A DNA stretch of 56,307 nucleotides, counting the filler, from Sphacelaria rigidula (taxonomy: Eukaryota): the NCBI GenBank assembly GCA_964200075.2. It is 7 parts of 7 records of this genome, joined end to end, with 100 filler letters (N's around TTAATTAATTAA, not from the genome) between each part and the next. Parts side by side here need not be neighbours in the genome. Positions count along the whole stretch, not along the records: positions 1 to 7,959 come from CAXNAA020012835.1; positions 8,060 to 16,018 come from CAXNAA020012836.1; 5 more parts are not named here. The stretch is one strand, 5' to 3'. The notes beneath the pieces were generated by a model. That model was given only the letters and a program-made list of their open reading frames with translations, ran no database searches and was not told the DNA's origin. Made by a program: the position numbers and the translations under genes. Positions within the stretch are counted from its first letter, which is position 1. Every line of letters begins with the position of its first letter. Positions 1-12,271 of the stretch are shown in pieces.

Positions 1-422
1 CATTCACTGATTGACCGCTTTTCACTCTCAATCGTATCATCTACTCTCAATCTCACGAAAACACTGTTTTTCGTGGAGTGTTTAATAGATATGGCGGTGG
101 TAAATGTTTCTTCCCCAACTATTGTGATGCGTTGAACACCAGTCCAACACCCAAATAAATGTCTCTTGAAATGATCAGTTGGACTGTATAATAATAGCAC
201 GGTAGGTACAGCCTTGTATACAGGACTATTTCTACCTCACCTGTTAATAGCATGTCCACATTACAGGAGAGTGCATTCGTACTACTGATTCATGTTCAAA
301 AGGTGTAGCTCTGCATGCAGGGCTTTCATAAACTGTTGTTACCAAGGTACACGAACAGTGTTTTAGTGGGCTTGAGAGTAGATACTATACAGTGAAAACG
401 TAAAGCGGCCAATCAGTGAATG
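1..422. mobile_element. MITE with terminal inverted repeats (CATTCACTGATTG...)
   Basis: 1-21 CATTCACTGATTGACCGCTTT pairs with 402-422 AAAGCGGCCAATCAGTGAATG (1 mismatch). The same end recurs reverse-complemented at 40124-40187. No coding capacity. Confidence 0.7.
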
Positions 423-689
423 ATTTATTTCAAATCCTAAATACACTTCTACCACGCACTGCATGCTATCTGTGGTAGCTTGTCACCGATGCCGTTCATA
501 TCCCTCAGTATGATGTCGACGTGTCGCTGAATGCAAACGCCGGTGGAAGGGGCAAAGAAGAAAACATACGGAATGAATGTTTGCCCAAGTGAAAGCGAGT
601 GATCGAAGATACTTTTAATTGGCGCTCTACTCTCGACTCATAGCACCCATGCCGACAACCGATGAACTATTTCGATCACACTGTGAAGA

Positions 690-975
690 GAATACCCCAC
701 CATGAACACGCTCTTGTGGTTCTAGTTCCTGTTTTGAGTTTCGCTCGATCTTGAGGAGGCTTTTGTGGTTCGGGATCGGCACCCCGGGAAATAGAGCCAG
801 TGTGGGCAACTTTCGATGCCCAGAACACGCTCCACCGGTATCACATGACACCGACACCTCACAGGTAATGTACCGCTGCACCTTCTTTGTGCACTGCAGA
901 AGAAAGCGCGGTATAAGATGCTTTACCGCCGGAGAAAACTCGGCAAAAGTGGGGAAAAATGCGAAATGATACACG
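690..975 (-). repeat. Dispersed repeat, copy 1 (copy 2 at about 24898-25185)
   Basis: The reverse complement GTATCATTTCGCATTTTTCCCCACTTTTGCCGAGTTTTCTCCGGCGGTAAAGCATC aligns with 24902 onward. The ORF track shows the same pseudo-peptide (YHFA..FAEFS..HLI.RFLLQCTKK) at both sites. Confidence 0.8.
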
Positions 976-1062
976 TACATATATGAGATATAATATATGA
1001 TATAATATATATGACAAAATATATATGACATAATGTATATGACATATAATATATCATATGTA
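976..1062. repeat. Degenerate (TA)n low-complexity tract
   Basis: ATATATGATATAATATATATGAC... read directly from the sequence. Confidence 0.85.
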
Positions 1063-2128
1063 ACGTATGAGGATCTCTACTATTTACGGCAGCTGACCGC
1101 ATCCGCCAACGCCTCGGCGAAAAACCAGGGGACACACGGCTGGGTATCCCCCCCTCCCCCCCCCTCAAAAACTCGATTTTTCGATTTTGGGGCCCACGTG
1201 TCCCGACATATATTTTTGACAGACCCTTGGCGAGAGCACAAAATAATGGGTTGCACCTGACCCTAAAGCAGCGTTTTCCCTAGCGGGCTGCTTCTGTCTT
1301 AGCTCTAAATTTATGCCGTACGAAGCGCCTGCGCATTCTATTACAGTAAAGTGTAGGAGTCGTACCTTGTGAGGCTGAAGATGTAGCCGCTGGACTTCTG
1401 TTCGAAGGACGTACGCTGCGTTGTTCAGATAGACGGTCTGCTCCCACGTGCGGAGGTGATGCCCACAACGTGCGCGCGGTGACTTCTTCAGATGGCATGG
1501 TTGTCCAGAAAAATGTTCAACCTTGACTGCAGGCGTTGTTTTCGAAGCTCAATCTGTACGTCTCCTGTGGGGCGTACAGAACAACCGGGCTGTGAGCGCG
1601 TTGGTTGCAAGAGAGACAAAAGATGTGGAGCCGCAAGCCACCTCCAACCTTACCGGTGCATCGCCTGCAATCGGTTGATCTTTCGACAGCACTACGATGG
1701 GCGCAATGCATGACTGCTCAGGTTCGCCCCTTGACACATCCTGGACGCTACTGTACTGCCTGTAGAAATTGGAAGCCGTTCCCGCGGGCCACCCTCTTCT
1801 ACTGTGGAGCACCATCAGAGATAAAAAAAAAAATCACGGCAGGAAGGGCCTGCCCAACTGTAAAAGCACTGCCTCCGGACAGTCGAAAACAGGAAAGGGC
1901 GGCGATTCGCCTGGTAGAAAGCAGGGATCACGCCACAGCACGAACAGCACGCTGCCGTGACACTGCAGGGTTCGTTGGTGCCTGTGTGTTGTCTCGCCGG
2001 ACCTATACTAAACACACCACCATCGCCGCGCAGACAGCGGGTAACCAGTCCAGTAATGAGGAAATGCAGATATAACATATACTGCGTGCGGCCCATCATC
2101 CCCCATGACAACACAGTAGCTGTGCACA

Positions 2129-2381
2129 CTGTGATACATGGGAAGACCGCGTGCTTTCTTGATCGCATCCGAGTTTCAACACCCCAATGAAAACACCCCT
2201 ACGGTTAGTGTTAGTGTTGGGGTTAGGGTTAGGGTCAGGGGTGCGGTCTCAGCAGGGACTGCCTGAGCGGTCTTACAATACGTCGATCCTGGGGGGTTAA
2301 AATTTCTTACAATACGTCAATCCTGGGGGGTCAAAATTCCGACGCGGTCCAAGAAGCACGCGGTTCTCCCACGCATTACCC
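2129..2381 (+). mobile_element. MITE with internal telomere-like (TTAGGG/TTAGTG) repeats, copy A
   Basis: Imperfect TIRs GTGATACATGGGAAGACCGCGTGCTT / AAGCACGCGGTTCTCCCACGCATTAC. Internal GGTTAGTGTTAGTGTTGGGGTTAGGGTTAGGGTCAGGG at 2193-2230. Internal ~33-bp tandem duplication at about 2271-2338. Confidence 0.7.
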
Positions 2382-3660
2382 ACACATTCGACTTGATTTG
2401 GAAGGGGAGAAGCAGGTAAGCGAAACTCCCTTAAGGATCGCGCGCGACCTCTTTTACCTGCCTGAACGTGGAGCCACAGTGTAGCTCACCCATGTGGAAA
2501 GTCGCAGCCCACAGCATTCTCGGTGCCGCATGTGCTATATACCACAGATGCGGAACGGTATACCCACGGGACTGTTGTGGGTTACATCTATTATTCACGT
2601 ACATCAATAGGTAGAGTACAACCCCTACGATCATGATCATTCTCAGACGACTAAACACCCCCACGAGTGCAAGTCCTCGGGTACAGCAACAAGGGAGTGT
2701 GGCCTGAACGCAAGTATGAGATCGACCTCGGCAAACGGCGATACCTCGACAGCAGTGCCACAGGGTCCCATCCAATGTTATGCTACAGACCACGGTACAG
2801 ACAGGGAACTGTTTGAGCTGAGCTGACCCCACGTGATGAGCCAATGGGTTAGTTACCTGAACACGAATCAAACTGACAGCCCGACAGAGCCAATCCGAGA
2901 AGGCTCGAGAGACTCTGGGCGATGTACGGGCTGGGCTTGGAGCTAAACTGCTGGGCTTGCGAGTGGCCGATGGCACCTGTTGAGGCACGAAAAACGCGGC
3001 ACAATAAAATAAATCGAAATCACAACTGACAAGCGGAGGCAAACGGAAATTCAGGCACAGGCACATGGCACATTTTTCGTGTTTGTTCAGGTGTTTTATT
3101 TTCGTGTTTATCGTCGATACTTGAGGGGCACAACTTTCGTAAAGCGGCACGCAGTGCTCGGAGACCAGTGAAATCGCTGCGCCATGCTCCGTAGGAATAA
3201 TACTTGGGCCCCCCAAGCCCATAGATGAGGCACGCAGATGTATCTCTTCAGCAAAGTAGCCTCGGGAGTTTGGCTACTTCCTTCCCCCCAAAAATGTGGG
3301 AAAAGCGCAAGTGCAGAGGGATGCTCTTTATATGGTTCACCAGTTTCTGCAACGAAGGGTAAAAACAGGGAACGCTTAGTCGAGGCGATGGGGAACGATC
3401 TTTCGGAGATCGTTGTAGAAGGAGATCACCTCCAGTATCCTCTGCCTGTACCTTTGGTTGTGCCGTTTTTGCTGAGGTTGTGGCTTACTCCGATTAGTGT
3501 TGACCAAGTGCGGCGTGAGGTGGAGGTGGAGCTGGTTTGATCCAAGAAAAACAGGGATGTCTCGACCAATGGGATCGGCCAAGCGGGGAGATCCATGCCA
3601 CAAAAAACGTTATGCGTCCGCTTGGACGATGGAGCCTCCAACGTACCAAAAAAGAGAGAG

Positions 3661-3877
3661 GGGTGTAATACGTGTGAGGACCGCGTGCTTAGAGGATCGC
3701 ATTGCAGTTGAAAACACCCCAGGATCAACGTTTTTCAAAATTAATCGGGCCATTCCCTATAGGGACCAAGCCCCTGACTCTAACCTCAACACTAACCCTA
3801 ACCTCAACTCTAACCATAGAGGTGCATCCAAACTCCGATGCGGTCCCCCTAAGCACGCCGTCCTCACACGCATCACC
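3661..3877 (-). mobile_element. MITE with internal telomere-like repeats, copy B (opposite orientation)
   Basis: TIRs ATACGTGTGAGGACCGCGTGCTTAG / CTAAGCACGCCGTCCTCACACGCAT. Internal CCCTGACTCTAACCTCAACACTAACCCTAACCTCAACTCTAACC. Shares CCCCAGGATCAACGT with copy A (reverse complement). Confidence 0.7.
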
Positions 3878-4745
3878 GGGGGTTGGATGCAACGTACATT
3901 GTGTATCAGAGCTGCCGAAGCGCGCCCCGTATCATGGACGAAGTAACTCCCTGTTGACGCCTTCATGGCAGGCACGGGATCGTTGCCGTTCTGCGCGGCC
4001 ATCGCTCGCCCGCCGGCACAGGACAAGTCCAAGTCTCTGTACCCGCCTGTGGTAATATTGGAGACCATCTCCTTTCAAGTGTCCCCACAACGGACATGCG
4101 CCACGATCGTAAGGGTAGGAGTGAGGGGTGTTCACAGTTACTAGAGGCCCCGGAGATAACCCACGTGTCATGCCGGGGTAGACCACACAGCATACCTTTT
4201 GTTACTGAGAAATCGAACACTACTTTGCTCAGTGAACCAGAGAGTGAGTGCTACCCACGGGTTCAATGATGGGTTAACTGTCCGCTTTCTGCACGAGTGG
4301 GTGTAAGACAGTCTGGGGTGCTCCAACTATAATCTTCATTTTCATCGTCATAACAATCCCCTCCTTTTTTGTTGTTAACTTTCCATCTGTGAGTTGGCAA
4401 CACCGCCGAGGCTTCGTGTAGCAGTACAGTCAGTATAGCGAGAAAAGCTCTGCTAGCTAGGTAGATCGCAATCTAGTGGTCGTGATGCTCAATGAAACCC
4501 AACGCGACGAGTGAGTCTTGTAGCTGCAGCAGCGGGGAGGTATTATAGTAACACTAGGGTCGAGTGTCATTTTGCTTCTCCCTGGCAAGAGGTTTTCAGT
4601 TGACGTCCCCCATCGGTAGTGGCGAGTAATCAACGGTTTTCTTCACCAGCATGCCAAACCCTCACATCCCATAGAAAGTGTTTCGGGAAACAAAAATAGG
4701 CCAGAAAAACTCAGGGATAATTATCGTTTGATTAAATTTTAGGAA

Positions 4746-5218
4746 GACCGACTCTAATGGGAGCCGTTCAAAATCCATGTTTAAAACTGCCCTTTTGGCC
4801 CCTGCTCCGTCGTTTTACGCCTGGAAAGAGGGCTAGGCGGATCCTGAAGTCTTGGAACGACTTGCTCCACTCATTGAGGCCGTTCCAGGGCAACTTCGCA
4901 TTTCCTGCTGGCCGCACTTTCATTTTTGACCAAACACGGGTTTTCAACAAAAAACGGTCAAGCGATCGCAAAACAAGGGGGAAGTTTTGATCACCTGACC
5001 GTTTTTTACTGAAATCCGTGTTTGACCTCATTTCGCCAAAAGCAAACGTCCGGCCAGCCGAAAAAGCAAAGTTGCCCTAGAACGATCTCAACGAGTAGAG
5101 GGAGTCATTCCAAGGCGTCAACATCCGCCTAGCCCTCTTTTCGGGCGTAAATCGACGGAGAAGGGTCCAAAAAAGAGTTTTCGACAGGAATGTTGAACGG
5201 CTCCCATTAGAGTTGGCC
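4746..5218. mobile_element. Foldback-type MITE (~470-bp imperfect palindrome), possibly PIF/Harbinger (Tourist)-like
   Basis: ACTCTAATGGGAGCCGTTCAA pairs perfectly with TTGAACGGCTCCCATTAGAGT, and the arms stay complementary for about 210 bp around a short centre near 4966-4990. The right terminus is GGCC followed by TAA; the left flank is GAA. Confidence 0.75.
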
Positions 5219-5386
5219 TAAGAAGACGCAAATTATCCCTGAGTTTTCGGCTCAAAATTTTGGTTTCTGAAACTTTCTAAATATTCTAAAGACGATTTTC
5301 CTTCTTCTGACGAGCGAATGTATGACCCAGCGGCTGGGTAACGGGGAAGAACCGGCACGAGTACAGCGATAGAGTTTAGTCGGAGC

Positions 5387-5789
5387 TGTGCACTTGTGAG
5401 GTGTTTGGTGTGGCCGTTGCGCGCTTCCTCGCAGTGCACCGTTTTATAGCGGAGCAATGCAATTGTCACGAGAGATCTTGATGGGTTGAGCAGACGACGT
5501 ACCCGAGTGGGCGCTGCATCGCCGTACTTTTCATTATTCATCCAGACGTCACCCGCTGGTGTACAGCTCTATCCGAACCTTCGCTCTCTGGATCTCAGCC
5601 CCAAACCCCAACTACAGAGCTTACAATATAGAGCGGCGGAGCCGTTCTGGCTAGACTGAACACTGGCTGCAGTACTGGTTCACGGACCGTTCCTGTTGGT
5701 ATTTTGTACTGAACCGCACCTACCCGGCTGATTGATTTTATGCCTGAGAATCTACGTATGAGATCTATGTCCAATACATAATCTGCACA
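5387..5789 (-). mobile_element. Candidate 3' LTR of the copia element
   Basis: On the minus strand, the purine tract GGGGAG (5795-5790) is followed directly by TGTGCAG. Termini TGTGCA...TGCACA form a 6-bp inverted repeat. The left boundary is inferred only from that repeat. Confidence 0.45.
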
Positions 5790-6389
5790 CTCCCCATGAT
5801 CGTATACCGGTGACACCAGAGAGCTGATACGATCACACCCAACGTGCTAGATACGAGGCAATGAATCTTTCCATTGAATGCCATAGAAGCCACGTGGTGG
5901 ACCTGGACCCTGCAGACTCGTCCCGACCTCCGGCGCCTTTTCCCTTCTGACATCCTTCGTCGAGAACGGAAACTTGAACGTTCGTTGGCTGTGTGCGAGG
6001 TTGGCCTTGCTCGGCATGCATCCCGCACCCTCGGGTGGTCCATCCACTGCCTTTGTCGTTTCCTTCACCGCGGGCTGTGGCTTCGCTTCATTGCCAAGGC
6101 CAGTGCCACACGCGCTCGGCACGAATATTTTCTCGAGCATCGCCCCTTCGTTATCGCACAGCGTCTCCTGTGGTTCGGTAATTCGGCCTTGCTCGCGATA
6201 ATCTCCGTGCGAGGAGGTTTGATCCTCCAGTCCGACCTGCTGCTCGTTTTGTGCGTTACTTGCGTTGGTCTTTGGGCCGTCCGAGTGCTCGTCTGCGCTT
6301 GGAGTCGCATGGGTTACAGGCGCCGCCGGTGCCCCCCGTGGTCCCTGCAGCTCACCGGCCTGTCGATTCTGAGGCTCGTTGCCCTTCCG

Positions 6390-7959
6390 TTAAATTTCCT
6401 CTTCCATGACCACTTTCCTTCTGTCAGCATCAGGTTGCGCCAGGGTTTCTTTCGCTGTCGACGGTTCCTGTGGCCCAGTGACGATTCCGCCCCCGAGCAT
6501 GCAGAATGCGCCTTTGTCCTGATCTTGTAGAAGGGTGGCGAGGAAATTTCCGTAATCAGAACTGCTGTCGTCAGGGATCCTAAAGCGTTGCTGTGCGTTG
6601 TCCCCTCGATGCCGTTGCGCTAGTCGGCTAGACCTACGCAGTCCACTATCCGGAGAAGAGCGCTTCGATGATGGCGGGTCCTGAGGTGGCTATCCACCCG
6701 GGCCATCATCGCCGTCGATTGGCGCTGCTTTCTCTTCTTCCGATGGTTCGTCGTCGTCATCGCTGAGTTCGACCGCCTTCAGCTCCCCCACGATGTCTAG
6801 GGTTTTGGCCTCTGATTCAAACGTGATGTGTGAAGACTTGACGAGCTTTGATTCCTGTATCAGCCATGCAGACCAGCAGAGAGAATGCCGATCGTGCTCC
6901 ACCAAGATGCCCGCTTCGCATATGGGTGGAACTTTGCAGCCGCGCCGCGTTGCTGCTTGTGCTGATGCACGAAACACTCCGATCCCCAAGTACGAAGCCG
7001 GTCGTAGTTGAAAGACTTTCCTGTCAGCCTCTCACATGGGGTCTCGCCCCCGAGGTACTCGTGGGGCATCCCTGCGGTCTCGAATGCCGCGTCCGCCACA
7101 GCGAAGAGCCAGTAGTCCTCTCCGCGTCCCGCCTTCACCAGTTGGCTGCGTGCTATCCTCATCAGTTGTTGAATTGCACGTTCAGCAATCTCATTACTCT
7201 GCGGTGTCCTTGGCGGTGAGTTGCGCCATTTGATGCTGCGATTGGTCAGCATGCGTTGAAATTTGACTGACCATCCAAGTTCCCCAGCGCCGTCTCCGCT
7301 GATACATTTGATGACCACTCCCTCACGGACCATTTCGTCGATGTAGGCTCCCGGGGCGTCAGTGGCCGCATCTCGTGTCTTGAATCAAACAACGTGCTTG
7401 TCTCGACTGGCCTCGTCCACGAAAACCTCGAAGTATTTCATGCCCGCGACATCGGCGTGGAAAGGGCCTTCAAGATCAGTGTGCACAACTTCACCTGGTG
7501 CTTTGGGAGTCCTGCCGCCGCAGCCGTAGCTGAGTGCCTCGGACTTGCATTCCTTGTAGACGCTGCAGCGCATCTCGGACGCCACAGTGGTATCAGTGAC
7601 ATCGATCAGTCCACGCTTCTCGAGGTGTTTTATGGCAGCCGGATCGATGTGTCCCAAAGTGTCGTGCCACTCCTTCAATGTGAGGCGCTGCTTCTTGTTT
7701 GCGAACGAAGCGTGCGCCGACGCCGGATGTTTGCCACCCCCCTGCAGCGATGCCGACAGGGCCAGGAACCCGCTATTCTCGGCTAGGGGGATCTTCGGTC
7801 CATCCTTTCTGAACCGAAGGTAGCTCTCCTTCCTGCCGGAATCCACGAACTCTCCTCCGTCACGCCGAATCGTTCCGGTACTCAGCAGCCGGCAAGGTAA
7901 TCCAGGGACCCAAAGTACGTCCTTCAGTGTGACCTTTGCCGGAGCCACCTTGCCCCGAG
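6390..7959 (-). pseudogene. Ty1/copia pol relic: GAG-pre-integrase, integrase core, linker and start of RT
   Basis: Motifs LKDVLWVPGL, WHDTLGHI, VHTDLEGP, ISGDGAGE, PPRTPQSNEIAER, WLFAVADA and EPSTAKETLAQPDADRRKVVMEEE. Broken by stops and frameshifts and truncated by the contig end. Confidence 0.92.
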
Positions 7960-8059
7960 NNNNNNNNNNNNNNNNNNNNNNNNNNNNNNNNNNNNNNNNN
8001 NNNTTAATTAATTAANNNNNNNNNNNNNNNNNNNNNNNNNNNNNNNNNNNNNNNNNNNN
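7960..8059. other. Artificial contig spacer N44-TTAATTAATTAA-N44
   Basis: 100-bp linker with stop codons in all six frames, identical at six positions. Confidence 0.98.
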
Positions 8060-8371
8060 AAAGGGAGGGGGGGTAAAGGGCAAAAGGATTTGGCAAAAAA
8101 CAAAAGAGGAGCCCCCTCCCCCCCCCCCCCCTCCCGCCGCCGGCTCAGCGCGCACGCCTCCCCGGGGTTTCTCTGATTGTGTTGTTCCTCCAAAATACCT
8201 GGCTTGTGTACTCAAACGTTTGTGCTGTATGCACAAATATGTGCACTCTGCAAAGGATGTCTTTGTTTTTCCTGTCCACAAGTTGTTCTTATTTGTCTTT
8301 TCCGTTTTCTTATAAGTCGTGTTCTGTTTTGTCTTGTGTCGTCACGTGTCCTTTCGTTTCGTTCCCCGCAG

Positions 8372-8530
8372 GCGCGCGTGTCGCTAACGCGTATTGAGGT
8401 GTTCCTGTCAAGGAACGACATCGAGGGTAAGGACATGAACGTACACGTCAACATTGGAGACGGTGGGCACGGCCGGGCTCCTGTGGGCGGTCTGCTCGTG
8501 CGCAACGGTACCTTCGCGTGGCCCGTCACT
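8372..8530 (+). CDS. ABCC/MRP-type ABC transporter, internal exon (TMD1-NBD1 junction)
   Basis: Polypyrimidine tract + CAG acceptor and GTGAGT donor. Encodes ARVSLTRIEVFL...VRNGTFAWPVT (ABCC 'VS..RI..FL' and 'F.W' motifs). 159 bp, phase 0. Confidence 0.85.
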
Positions 8531-8937
8531 GTGAGTGTTTTTTCCCTGCTGGTTTTGCTCCTCCAAATGTTGTTTTTTATGCAACAAGTAGTATGGAAAA
8601 TAAGGGGAAAGAGGGGGGAAAGATCGTTCCTTGCTGTTTTAAAACACCTGTCGGCTGACGTGCCTGGAAGAGACAGGCGCGGTCGGGGGAGTGGATGGAG
8701 AGGAAGGGATTAGTAGTCATGATTTGCGTGCGTCGCATAGGTGGGGACACGCAGCAATCTGCAAGTACCGAGCGCGCGCGAGAGAGAGTGAGAGAGCAGG
8801 TTGTTGCAATAGTACCATCAGAGATCGTGGTACGAGAAGCGCACCGCGAGCTTCGGTGGACAAAATATTTGCGATCTTTGCATGCAGCAGCAGCAGCAAC
8901 AACAATGTTACTTTTTTCTTGCGCTCCGAAATGTCAG

Positions 8938-9297
8938 GAACGACAAATAAACGAGGACGATTCGGAGCACGGTCACGGGGACGACGAGGGTAACGACGAA
9001 CAAGCACACCTGCTTGGGCATAATATTCAGCAGCAGCAGCAGCAGGATTCCTCGGAAGAGCAGAAGAACGACGCAGTCGCCGCGGCCGCGGCGGCACTTG
9101 CCAAGCTCGGTGTGCCCCCCCCATCCTCCACCGTGCCTCTCGTCGGGGGTGCTGCGCCTTTGCCGACCCTGAGCGAGGTTTCGCTGGAGGTGAAGCCGGG
9201 GGAACTCGTGTGCGTGTACGGCCCCACGGGATGCGGCAAGTCAACGCTTCTGCTGTCGTTGTTGGGAGAAGTTCGCCGTGTCGAGGGCACCGTGGAG
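8938..9297 (+). CDS. ABCC transporter exon with Walker A
   Basis: CAG acceptor and GTATGT donor. Encodes a low-complexity D/Q/A linker, then TLSEVSLEVKPGELVCVYGPTGCGKSTLLLSLLGE. 360 bp, phase 0. Confidence 0.9.
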
Positions 9298-10072
9298 GTA
9301 TGTATTTTTATGTTGAAAGTGGGCAGACATACGGAGAAGACAACCACGTGAGAAACATTTATTATTTCCATGGGTTCACCGATACACATGTGTAGTCCAC
9401 CATGTCCACTGTATGTGGCTTATATTATATATATATATGATCTATGTTTTTATTTTTTACATGCTGCCAAAACAGTTGAAACTGGCGTCGTTCAAACGAA
9501 AAACCTACTGCACAGGGAAATAAATCTCCACAACCTAGGCCTCTCTCTCTCTCTCTCTCTTAAGCAGGACTGACCGCAGTACACGGGCAACGCAAAATAT
9601 CGAGTATGTATGGAGATGAACGGCTTTCAAAACCGTACCCGGAAGTCAAGTCGCAATACGGCACAAGCCGAGCGCTGACTTTTTTGCGGTATATATATAT
9701 TATCATGAAGATTGCCGTAGCCCGCCAGTAATCCAACGTGGAAACGCCGAGAGAGGGGAACCGTGGCACAGACTACGGGCAGCACACAGGTACCCAACCA
9801 ACGAACGTCAAGGGCAAGGATGAGCGGCCGAAACCATTATTTGGATCATGGCTTTGCAGCTCTTTGACCGCCAGGGTAGATCATGTGGGTCACACTCTTA
9901 TTTTCAATGCGAAGTTGATGGTGTTGCGCTTCTTTTTTTCAGATTGTTTGTACTCTTTCTTATTTTTTTAGTTGTTCCATTTTATGGCCGATTCAGTAGA
10001 AATTTAGCAGTGATTGCAAGATGGACGGACCAAAGGTTCAATAATGATGAAAAGAAACGGAAACACGATTAA

Positions 10073-11099
10073 CCCTGTTGGGACCATACCCCCACTAACA
10101 CACAGGGTTGACCCTGTGTTGGTGAAATAATAAAAAATATGTCTTCGAGCGACCTGCCCAATCACGACGGGGCGAAATTTATCAACCAGACCCGAACGAT
10201 CAGCACGGGAATTGTTGTCGAGTGTAATGCCACTGCAATGATCTTGTGGGGACCCTATCCCTGGCCCAGATAAGTCTCCCCAGGCTTCCAAGTGCAGGGT
10301 GGTTGCAGCTTGGTTTTATGGCATTACTTGCTCTCAGTATACCGTCCCCGAGTTTTTCCGGAGTGTTTTTTGGGTCCTAATTCTGTACTAAAATGTAGTA
10401 TTTTACACTAACACAGGGTGGACCGGCAAAAACCGGGAAGGAGTGTACATGCTACCTCGTGGTCATTTTCACGAGGCACAAAATCCAGGTGGGCTGTCGA
10501 AAGACAGAAGAAGCTACCGTATTGAATTCTGCATACCCCTCTGCCGATGACTTGCAGTGCGCAGTCCACATGTATGTAGTGGACGGCGATGACAAAGCTG
10601 TTAATAGGCAGTTGATCTCGTAGCTGAGAATTGCCGAGAACGTGCAAGGGAGTATGCAGCGGCAACTGCTGCTTCAGTCGGAGAGGCGTACTATACTGTA
10701 CTGTATACTATACTGTTGTATGTATGCGCGCCGCAACGTTGATACCCTTCGAAGAGAATATTTGCCTCATGCAACAACGGGGAAAATGGCGGCCCACTCC
10801 GACTACAAAGGGCTGTGTGGCAAGATGATGAGGACAAAAGTATCATCCATAGCCACATGTCGCCGCATCCTGTTGGAAGATCTCTACCACGACTCATACT
10901 GGTTGCTACATCAGATGCACACCACCTAATGCGCACCCTGCGCCTGAAAAGAGAGTAGATGAAACTTTCGGTTTTCGTCATAATAACCCTGCCGTTACAT
11001 ACGCGGGTTTTCAGCAACACGCCACTATTTCGTGCAGACGCCAGTCACGTCATTCCTGACCAGCCATATTGGTCGTTCTGGAGGCCCGGTCCCAAAAGG
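10073..11099. mobile_element. Non-autonomous piggyBac-like element, copy 1 (intronic)
   Basis: TTAA|CCCTGTTGGGACC at the left end and GGTCCCAAAAGG at the right end, with the right TTAA lost. Aligns end to end with the reverse complement of 11241-12271. Confidence 0.8.
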
Positions 11100-11240
11100 A
11101 CGTACGAAGGAAGGGATGAAAAGGAATAAGAGGGGATGGGAGAAACTATAGAAGTCGAGGAAAAAAAACATGCGAAGCAAAAAAAACATGAACTGGGGAA
11201 TCGAATTACTGTAGGAAACAGCGATGGAATCGCAAGTTAA

Positions 11241-12271
11241 CCCTTTTGGGACCGGGCCTTCAGAACGACCAAGAGGCTGGTCAGGAATGACGTGTCTGGC
11301 GTCTAAACGAAACAGTGGCGTGTTGCTGAAAATCCGCGCATGTAACTGCAGGGTTATGACGAAGACCGAAAGTTTCATCTAGTCTATTTTCAGGTGCAGG
11401 GTGCGCATTAGGTGGTGTGCATCTGATGTAGCAAGCAGTATGTGTCGCGGTAGAGAGCTTCCAACAGGATGCGGCGACCAGCAGGCCGCCCGCCACTTGT
11501 GGCCTTGAGCATTGTCTCCATCACCTTGCCACACAGCCCTTTGTAGTCGGGGCGTGCCGCCATTGCCCTCTTTGTTGCATGCGGCAAATTCTCTTCGAAG
11601 GGTATCAGCGTTGCGGCGCACATACACATAACAGTAAAGTACAGTACACTGTTGTACGCCTCTCCGACTGAAGCAGTAGCTGCCGCTGCATACTCCCTTG
11701 CACATTCTCGGCAATTCTCAGCTACGAGATCAACTGCCTATACACCGCTTCTTCATCCCCGCCCACTACATACATGTTGACTGCACCCTGCAAGTCATCG
11801 CCAGAGGGATAAGCAGAACTCATGACAGTAGATCCTTTTGTCTTTCCATAGCCCACCTGGTTTTAGAGTGTGGTGAAAATGACCACATGGTGGCATGTAC
11901 ACTCCGGCTTTTCCGCCCTACCCTGTGTCAGTGTGTAAATTACTACGTATTAGTAGCGAATTGAGACCCAAGAAACACTCCGGAAAACTCGGGAACGGTA
12001 TACTGAGTGCAAGTCATATCATATAACCAGGCTCCAACCGCCCTGCGCTTGGAAACCTGGGAAGGCTTATCTGGGCCAGGGATAGGGTCCCCACACGATC
12101 TTTACAGTGGCATCATACTCGCTAACAACCCCAGCACTGGTCGTTCGGGTCTGGTCGATAAATTTCGCCTCGCCGTGATTGAGCAGGTTGCTCGAAGACT
12201 TGCTTTTTATTATTTCACTTCCACAGGGTCAACCCTGTGTTAGTGTTAGTGTGGGGTCGGACCCAAAAGGG
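11241..12271. mobile_element. Non-autonomous piggyBac-like element, copy 2 (inverted relative to copy 1)
   Basis: TTAA|CCCTTTTGGG...CCCAAAAGGG|TTAA. CCC/GGG termini with a TTAA duplication are the piggyBac signature. Confidence 0.85.

Noticed and set aside
5874..6530. 218-aa plus-strand ORF as an antisense cargo gene in the copia element
   Set aside because: GC-rich antisense frame with no domain, partly overlapping the pol linker. Probably a chance ORF.
8004..8015. TTAATTAATTAA motif recurring every ~8058 bp as a biological periodic signal or piggyBac target
   Set aside because: It is centred in N-runs of fixed length and is a standard six-frame-stop linker.
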